A DNA stretch of 32,000 nucleotides from Lachnoclostridium phytofermentans ISDg (GTDB lineage: Bacteria > Bacillota > Clostridia > Lachnospirales > Lachnospiraceae), in NCBI RefSeq assembly GCF_000018685.1, contig NC_010001.1, positions 3,504,038-3,536,037 of the forward strand, given 5' to 3'. A program made the position numbers and the translations under genes. Below the pieces are notes generated by a model. That model was not told the DNA's origin. It searched no databases and saw only the letters and a list, made by a program, of their open reading frames with translations. Every line of letters starts with the position of its first letter. The first letter of the stretch is position 1. Shown piece by piece: positions 26,072 to 32,000 of the stretch.

Positions 26072-26668
26072 TTATTTAATAGGCCCCATCTTATTGAGTG
26101 GCCATAAACGAAAAATTGCTCTTCCACCGATGTTTTCTTTTTTCACCGGACCTACTTCTTCATAGCGACTATCTAGACTTACAGTTCTATTATCACCAAG
26201 TACAAAATATTCATCCTCTTCTAATGTAATTGGATTCGCCGCAAGACCAGGTTTTCTTATTGGGTCTTTTCCAAAGTCTTCCTTCAGTAATTCACCGTTA
26301 ACAAAGATATCCTCACCAATGATTTGAACTGTTTCTCCTGGCATGCCAATAATACGTTTGATATAATATTCATCATCTCCTTTTTCGTGAGGATAAAATA
26401 CAATCACATCAAAACGTTTTAATTTGTCAAAGTGATAAGATATTTTCTCTACCCATAGATTTTCACCATTATGCAGTGATGTTTCCATAGAGTCACCTAC
26501 TACAATTGTTCTTTGTAGTATATATCTTGGTACAATAAAAGCTGCAAAATACAAGGCCACTATGTAGATTAAGATTTCAAACACAATCCGTTTCCTCGAA
26601 CTCTTTCCTTCTGTGTGTGCCACTTCAGTTTCTAAATCATGATAACCATCTACTTCTTTATCTTCCAT
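26072..26668 (-). CDS. lepB: Signal peptidase I
   Basis: The product carries GDSMETSL (catalytic Ser), YIKRIIGMPGE (Lys) and GDNRTVSLDSR. Confidence 0.9.
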   Translation of the reverse strand: MEDKEVDGYHDLETEVAHTEGKSSRKRIVFEILIYIVALYFAAFIVPRYILQRTIVVGDSMETSLHNGENLWVEKISYHFDKLKRFDVIVFYPHEKGDDEYYIKRIIGMPGETVQIIGEDIFVNGELLKEDFGKDPIRKPGLAANPITLEEDEYFVLGDNRTVSLDSRYEEVGPVKKENIGGRAIFRLWPLNKMGPIK

Positions 26669-26679
26669 GCTATCACCGC

Positions 26680-27285
26680 CTATTTATGTTTTACTATACC
26701 AAAATCTCTAAAAGGCCATATAGTGCACCACGCACGGCCCAATATGGAATCTTGTTTTACTACACCAACACTTGGATCTCTACTGTCTTTACTATTATTT
26801 CTGTTATCACCAAGTACAAAATATTCACCTTCTCCAAGGACGATTTTTTCACCAGCAATACCTGCACTCTTAATGAGATTTTCAAGTCCATAATTCTCAT
26901 CTAAACGTTCTCCATTGATAAGAATTACACTATCCATAATTTGCACTGTTTCTCCTGGTAATCCAATCACACGTTTGATATAGTATAACTCATTATCATC
27001 CTCATAAGGCTGAAAAACAATGACATCAAAACGTTTTGGCTCTGATAGGCTATACGAAATTTTCTCTAAAAGCACATGGTTATTATTATGGAGAGTTGGT
27101 TCCATGGAACTTCCGTTTACTTCAACAGGTTGAATTAGAAAACGCTGTACTAACAACACAACTACAAATATAATGATAAAGTAAGCTACCGTCTCTATGG
27201 ATTGTCGTAAAAACGATTTACCATCCTGCATTCCTTTATCGTTTTCCACAGTTGCTGTCTCCTCTATTTTAATGTCATTACGCAT
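26680..27285 (-). CDS. lepB: Signal peptidase I (tandem paralogue)
   Basis: The product carries GSSMEPTL, YIKRVIGLPGE and GDNRNNSKDSR. Confidence 0.9.
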   Translation of the reverse strand: MRNDIKIEETATVENDKGMQDGKSFLRQSIETVAYFIIIFVVVLLVQRFLIQPVEVNGSSMEPTLHNNNHVLLEKISYSLSEPKRFDVIVFQPYEDDNELYYIKRVIGLPGETVQIMDSVILINGERLDENYGLENLIKSAGIAGEKIVLGEGEYFVLGDNRNNSKDSRDPSVGVVKQDSILGRAWCTIWPFRDFGIVKHK

Positions 27286-27364
27286 AATTTCCCTTTCATT
27301 GGAACAGGCTGTTGCAAGTCGTCCTATAAGACATCTTTACAACAGCCCTCACACTTGTTATAGC

Positions 27365-27613
27365 TTATTCATTTTCATTTTCGTCATCTTCGCTTACGAT
27401 CTTTACTTTAGATTTGTAAAGCTCTTCCACTGCTATAGAAAGTGGTTTATTGCAACTACTTTCTGTTAAAGGTTCTGCACCGTCAATAATTTGTCTAGCA
27501 CGCTTTGCTGTAGCTAATACGATAGAATAACGGCTGTTTACTACTGGCTGTTCGCCTGGTTCTACCTCGCTATTAACTACCTGCATTAAGTCATTATAAG
27601 ATGGATGTAGCAT
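27365..27613 (-). CDS. rpoZ: DNA-directed RNA polymerase omega subunit
   Basis: The product reads NSRYSIVLATAKRARQI, and the gene sits in the yicC-remA-(gmk)-rpoZ context. Confidence 0.9.
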   Translation of the reverse strand: MLHPSYNDLMQVVNSEVEPGEQPVVNSRYSIVLATAKRARQIIDGAEPLTESSCNKPLSIAVEELYKSKVKIVSEDDENENE

Positions 27614-27649
27614 TTTAATATCTCCTTCCTTGACAATCCTTAATTTATT

Positions 27650-27925
27650 TTATAGAGCTTGGAAAACTTCATTGCTTTCTATGCTCTCTCGTTGGTTCAC
27701 ACGATTTGCAATTGTCTCGGGAAGCAATGCTGACAACACAATCTGTCCAGTTTCCATAACAACAACTGCTTTGCATTTTCTTCCACAAGTTGCATCCACA
27801 CAGCTGCCGCTATCTTTTGCATTTTGAACCATTCTTTTTACCGGAGCTGCCTCCGGCCGTATTACAGAAATTATCTTACCTGCATTTACTACATTACCAA
27901 AACCAATATTAATCAGTTTATTCAA
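27650..27925 (-). CDS. remA: RemA/DUF370-family regulator
   Basis: The product reads LINIGFGNVVNAGKIISVI.PE.APVKR. TTG start with AGAGGGGA upstream. Confidence 0.85.
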   Translation of the reverse strand: MNKLINIGFGNVVNAGKIISVIRPEAAPVKRMVQNAKDSGSCVDATCGRKCKAVVVMETGQIVLSALLPETIANRVNQRESIESNEVFQAL

Positions 27926-27937
27926 CTGTATCCCCTC

Positions 27938-28816
27938 TTACTCAATGTTCTGTATCTGTTCTCGTATCTTTTCAATTTCAGTTTTTAAATCGATTGCTTG
28001 ATTCGATACAGCCAAATCATTCGCCTTCGACAAGATGGTATTAGCTTCACGGTTCATTTCCTGAGCAATAAAATCTAATTTTCTTCCTACATTTACTGCT
28101 TCATTCAGAGTGCTCTTCATATTGTTGATATGAGCCCGTAACCGAACTGTTTCTTCATCTACACAGATTTTATCAGCAAATATGGTAATCTCCGTTGCTA
28201 AAACACTCTCATCAATGGAGGTTTCTCCTAATAGTTCCTTCACTTTATCAGACAGCTTTTTGCGATATTCTGAAACGATTTGAGGTTCTCTTTCTTCGAT
28301 AAATTCTACAATCGCTAACATGCCATCTAACTTTGCATGAATATCTTCTAACAAATGCTCGCCTTCTGCGATTCGTGTCTCCACAAATTTTTCTGCAGCT
28401 GCTCTTACTGTTTTCTCTAGCAAATCCCATAGTTCTTGTTCATCCATGGTCTGATCCTCAAGTGTAAAAACATCTGGAAATCTTGATAATATGGAGGCTC
28501 TAACATCATTCTCTATACCAAAATCCCGGCTCATTTTTTCGAGACCGTTATAGTATTCTCTTGCAATATCCTCGTTGTATTTAACGCAAGCTTTACCTTC
28601 CGTGTAATCCTCGTATGTAATAAATACATCGACCTTTCCACGGCTAATATATTGTTTTAGAACGTTTCGAATACCTGATTCAAAAAAGTTTAATTTCTTA
28701 GGCAATTTTACCGAAATCTCAAGGTAACGGTGGTTGACAGATTTTAGCTCTACTATCAACTTACGTTCCCCGGTATCAATCTCACATCTACCAAAGCCAG
28801 TCATACTCTTTAACAT
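27938..28816 (-). CDS. yicC: YicC/YloC-family endoribonuclease
   Basis: The product carries MLKSMTGFGR, SVNHRYLE and the C-terminal REANTILSKA. Confidence 0.9.
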   Translation of the reverse strand: MLKSMTGFGRCEIDTGERKLIVELKSVNHRYLEISVKLPKKLNFFESGIRNVLKQYISRGKVDVFITYEDYTEGKACVKYNEDIAREYYNGLEKMSRDFGIENDVRASILSRFPDVFTLEDQTMDEQELWDLLEKTVRAAAEKFVETRIAEGEHLLEDIHAKLDGMLAIVEFIEEREPQIVSEYRKKLSDKVKELLGETSIDESVLATEITIFADKICVDEETVRLRAHINNMKSTLNEAVNVGRKLDFIAQEMNREANTILSKANDLAVSNQAIDLKTEIEKIREQIQNIE

Positions 28817-29081
28817 ATCAGCTCAATTCCTCTCGTGATAAGTTTGAAAGAAAACTATAAATTTTCTTTCCTACGGATATTTATGCCTGCGTCGTTCTCG
28901 GTGCAAATATCAGCATTCTAAACGCGCATGTTTTCAGTGAAGAAGAATTTCTTCACACTTTGGAATAACTCCTGTGATTCTTAGTTAACCTATTGTCTCG
29001 ATTAGCCATTATCTAAAACATTATATATAAAAATAATTTGTTCGTCAAGTAATTTCTAGTTTTTGGTGATTAATTCCATAC

Positions 29082-30038
29082 TTAATTAAAGTACACTAAT
29101 TTTTCTTTTGGTTCCTCTGCCATTTCGATCTTCTTCGCATAAAGAACCGGTCCTTTTCCGTGATATTCCTTGTAGTATTCAACACGAACCTGCGCTGTTA
29201 ACGTAATCCACATACGGTTCTTTAACTGATCAATAGCTACTGGACCCGCATAATCTGTCTTACATAGGAAGCCAATAAATGCAATATCATCTGCGCAACA
29301 AGTCATTGCAAATCTACCAGGGACAAATGCTCCCTTAGGAAATCGCTCTGTTTTATAAACCATGGCACGAAATGTAATTGTTTTCCCTTGATACATCTTG
29401 GGATTATCCATTGCATGCAAATACCATAGTCCATAGTCTTCATCACATAAGTCAATGTGGTCTGCTGTAATATCAAATGGTAGTACTTCTTCTCCAGCAT
29501 CGGTCGTAACTCCGTCAACAGATTCATATACAATCTCTGCCTTTCGATTTACAGGCTTAATGGTACGTCTAATTGCAAGCTTATCCGTAGATTCATCACA
29601 ACGATTTACTATTACGGTATCAGAATATTTAAATTGTGAAATCATGATGGATTTAAAGTTATTCATATAATTTTGGTAGGTGGACGCATCGATTAAAGTG
29701 ATGATCTGTGCCATTTCAAGTGGCTCAGGTAACTCCATCTCTAAAAATTCTTCGGTATCCCACATACCATTGTACTCTATCATAATCCGCTGAGGTTTAT
29801 AGCGCTCATAGCAACGTTTCAAAAATTCTTCATTAAATTCATCTTGATCCTCTACTACAACCACATCAACCTTTAACTTTGCTAACATAGCTTCGTCATA
29901 TTCTACTTCCCCTTCTTCACAAACAAGGAGTAAGGTTCGGACAGATTCTGTAAATTCTGGGTCTTTCATTGTTTCAAGTACAAATGTACTTTTTCCACTT
30001 TCTAAAAACCCATTGACTAAATATACTGGTATCTCCAT
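29082..30038 (-). CDS. G3E/CobW-like N-terminal domain (degenerate, no CxCC) fused to a DUF1980/TIGR03943-like C-terminal CCxDD domain
   Basis: The N-terminus is VYLVNGFLESGKSTFVLE (P-loop-like). The C-terminus is GRFAMTCCADDIAFIGFLC. I prefer the start at 30038, with GGAGG 5 nt upstream. Confidence 0.7.
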   Translation of the reverse strand: MEIPVYLVNGFLESGKSTFVLETMKDPEFTESVRTLLLVCEEGEVEYDEAMLAKLKVDVVVVEDQDEFNEEFLKRCYERYKPQRIMIEYNGMWDTEEFLEMELPEPLEMAQIITLIDASTYQNYMNNFKSIMISQFKYSDTVIVNRCDESTDKLAIRRTIKPVNRKAEIVYESVDGVTTDAGEEVLPFDITADHIDLCDEDYGLWYLHAMDNPKMYQGKTITFRAMVYKTERFPKGAFVPGRFAMTCCADDIAFIGFLCKTDYAGPVAIDQLKNRMWITLTAQVRVEYYKEYHGKGPVLYAKKIEMAEEPKEKLVYFN

Positions 30039-30138
30039 TTTATCCTCCATGCACCAATTCGTTTGAATATGGCATTTCTATATAGTTGAAAAACTTTACT
30101 TATTTCAACTTCTTCTATTTTCTCTCTTGGAATCCTCT

Positions 30139-31221
30139 TTAAAATAACTCACTGATAGCTTTTGTGTCTAACTGGCTTCCAATCACACAAATTCTTCCTG
30201 TGTAATCTGCTCCTCCATGACGGATCTCAAATTCTCCTGGAACCAAGTCAAAGTGGAACCACTCACCCTCCATTGATGATACAATACCTTTTGCACGTAA
30301 GATAATACCAAGATTCTCTGCTTCTGAAAGGGTGGTAAGTACCTTTTTAAGTTCCTCTTCTTCATACTTATGCGCTGTTTCCATACCCCAGCTTGTAAAT
30401 ACTTCATCAGCGTGGTGGTGATGATGATCATGGTCGTGATCATGGTCATGATCGTGCCCGCAGCAATCTTCATGGTCGTGATCGTGATCATGATCGTGTC
30501 CGCAGCAATCTTCATGGTCGTGATCGTGATCATGGTTGTGTCCGCAGCAATCTTCATGATCATGATCGTGGACATGTCCACATGATTTGCAAATACCTGT
30601 ATCACTTAGCATCGTATCCATTAAATCATTCTGATGTTCAATTGCACTTAAAATCATTTTGCCATCAATTTTATCCCATGGTGTTGTTACTATTGTAGCC
30701 TTCTCATTATGCTCTTTGATTAACGCAAGGCTAGCTGCTAATTTATCCTCTGAAATATCACCGGTACGGCTAAGAATAATCGTTTTTGCACTTTCAATCT
30801 GATCATTGAAAAACTCTCCGAAGTTTTTCATATACATCTTACACTTCTTCACATCAACAACAGCAGTGTAGCTATTTAATACTACATCCTCGGTAAGTAC
30901 CCCAGACACTGCTTTTAATACATCGGATAGTTTTCCTACACCAGATGGCTCTATAATAATACGATCTGGATGATACGTATCAAGTACTTCTTTCAGTGCG
31001 GTACTAAAATCTCCAACTAAGGAACAGCAGATACATCCAGAATTCATCTCCGTAATTTCAACACCAGCTTCTTTAAGAAAGCCTCCATCAATACCGATTT
31101 CTCCAAATTCATTTTCTATTAATACAAGTTTTTCACCTTTTAAGGCTTCCTCTAATAATTTTTTTATTAAGGTTGTCTTTCCTGCTCCAAGAAAACCTGA
31201 AATAACATCTATTTTTGTCAT
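30139..31221 (-). CDS. COG0523 (CobW/YeiR/ZigA-type) metal-chaperone GTPase with a His/Asp/Cys-rich insert
   Basis: It has the GFLGAGKTT P-loop, the GCICCS (CxCC) motif, and the insert HDHDHEDCCGH x3 plus HHHHH. The start is at 31221, with GGAGG upstream. Confidence 0.9.
   Translation of the reverse strand: MTKIDVISGFLGAGKTTLIKKLLEEALKGEKLVLIENEFGEIGIDGGFLKEAGVEITEMNSGCICCSLVGDFSTALKEVLDTYHPDRIIIEPSGVGKLSDVLKAVSGVLTEDVVLNSYTAVVDVKKCKMYMKNFGEFFNDQIESAKTIILSRTGDISEDKLAASLALIKEHNEKATIVTTPWDKIDGKMILSAIEHQNDLMDTMLSDTGICKSCGHVHDHDHEDCCGHNHDHDHDHEDCCGHDHDHDHDHEDCCGHDHDHDHDHDHHHHHADEVFTSWGMETAHKYEEEELKKVLTTLSEAENLGIILRAKGIVSSMEGEWFHFDLVPGEFEIRHGGADYTGRICVIGSQLDTKAISELF
30458..30583. repeat. 3 x 42-nt in-frame tandem repeat encoding (H)EDCCGHDHDHDHD
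   Basis: CCGCAGCAATCTTCATG recurs at 30458, 30500 and 30542. Confidence 0.85.
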
Positions 31222-31568
31222 AGTAATTCCTCCAATCTTGTGCTTTCGCACCTTTTCCTTGCCGATGGTACACTGGTAAGGTTTCTTTATCTTTTCAAAT
31301 TTCCTGCCATACATTATACTTCTCTTTATCAAGTATTTCAATGTCACTACTTAGTGGAAATTATTATATTTTTATTATATTTTCTAGCAGTTTTCATAGA
31401 AACTGATATGATAATAAACTTAATCCAAGTGCATATAGTAATAAGAAATGTACCTATTTATCTGTATACTTACAAAAATACTACCCAATCCCTTAGGAAA
31501 GAGATGAATTGTGTGTAGCTATTGCCGAGTTGTTACTTACCTGAGATGCCTAGCTTCATTGAAACACA

Positions 31569-32000
31569 TCACTTGAATAAACTATTAATAAACTCTTGGA
31601 AGGTAGAGTTTAGTCCTTCTCCGTACACAATCTCACGAACACGAACCGGTTGATCCGTAATGATATTATCTACCCCTAACTGCTTCATACGTTCTATCTC
31701 TGCAATCGAGTTAACGGTCCACGCATGTATTCCTTTACCTAAGCTATGTGCATAACGAATCATTTCTTTCGAAATAAAGCTTGATTTTACACTAAAAAAG
31801 TCTGCATTTTCCCAATTATAAAAATATCCATAGGCAAAAGACATAATATAACCTGTTTTTAGATCCGGATTGAGAGCCTTTACACGCCCAAGCGCCCCAT
31901 AGTTTACTGAACTTAAGACGCACTGCTCTTCCATACCATACTCTTCAATCAGTCGAACAACCTCTTCGACAAGTTGTTTTTCATGGCTATTAATCTTTAA
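31569..32000 (-). CDS. Glycerophosphodiester phosphodiesterase (GDPD family), C-terminal part. The 5' end lies beyond the window.
   Basis: The frame stays open to position 32000 (LKINSHEKQLVEEVVRLIEEYGMEEQ...). The C-terminal IHAWTVN...GVDNIITDQP matches the GDPD pattern. Confidence 0.8.
   Translation of the reverse strand, partial: LKINSHEKQLVEEVVRLIEEYGMEEQCVLSSVNYGALGRVKALNPDLKTGYIMSFAYGYFYNWENADFFSVKSSFISKEMIRYAHSLGKGIHAWTVNSIAEIERMKQLGVDNIITDQPVRVREIVYGEGLNSTFQEFINSLFK

Noticed and set aside
30183-30605. Alternative-frame ORFs across the His-rich repeat (140 aa on the minus strand and 71 aa on the plus strand)
   Set aside because: These are artefacts of the low-complexity CAT/GAT repeat, which is open in several frames. 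The COG0523 frame is the only one with flanking conserved domains.

Overview
An AT-rich chromosomal segment that looks like a low-GC Firmicute or Clostridia genome (Lachnospiraceae-like by protein flavour; this cannot be proven without a search). Almost all genes are on the minus strand and most are housekeeping. They include gap-pgk-tpiA, gpmI, secG-rnr-smpB, a tmRNA gene, tdk, a cyclophilin lipoprotein, a cold-shock protein, a CBS-type family II pyrophosphatase, two tandem signal peptidases I, yicC-remA-rpoZ, a MATE exporter, an EamA/DMT transporter, a pair of COG0523/G3E metallochaperone-like genes, and partial genes at both window ends.

The accessory content lies between smpB and ssrA, at about 4.0-8.4 kb. 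It holds two different peptide-signalling modules back to back.
- The first is an agr-type module: an AgrC-like HPK10 kinase, AgrB, and a 40-codon agrD that is missing from the ORF track. It has no LytTR AgrA. A stand-alone receiver-only response regulator follows, behind an intrinsic terminator.
- The second is an RRNPP-like module: an XRE-HTH/TPR regulator with a divergently encoded 50-aa Sec-signal propeptide, also missing from the ORF track. An 81-82 bp tandem duplication between them carries a palindromic box.

Other notable points:
- A T-box-controlled metG is interrupted by a single in-frame TAA.
- Its T-box leader carries about six tandem 18-nt repeats.
- Short tandem-repeat arrays abut the -35 elements of the gpmI and MATE promoters.
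- The csp leader contains a roughly 24-bp perfect hairpin followed by a T-run.
- One COG0523 protein has a 3 x 42-nt His/Asp/Cys-rich repeat.
- The COG0523-like partner has a degenerate P-loop fused to a DUF1980-like CCxDD C-terminus.

No CRISPR array, rRNA, tRNA, transposase or integrase was seen.
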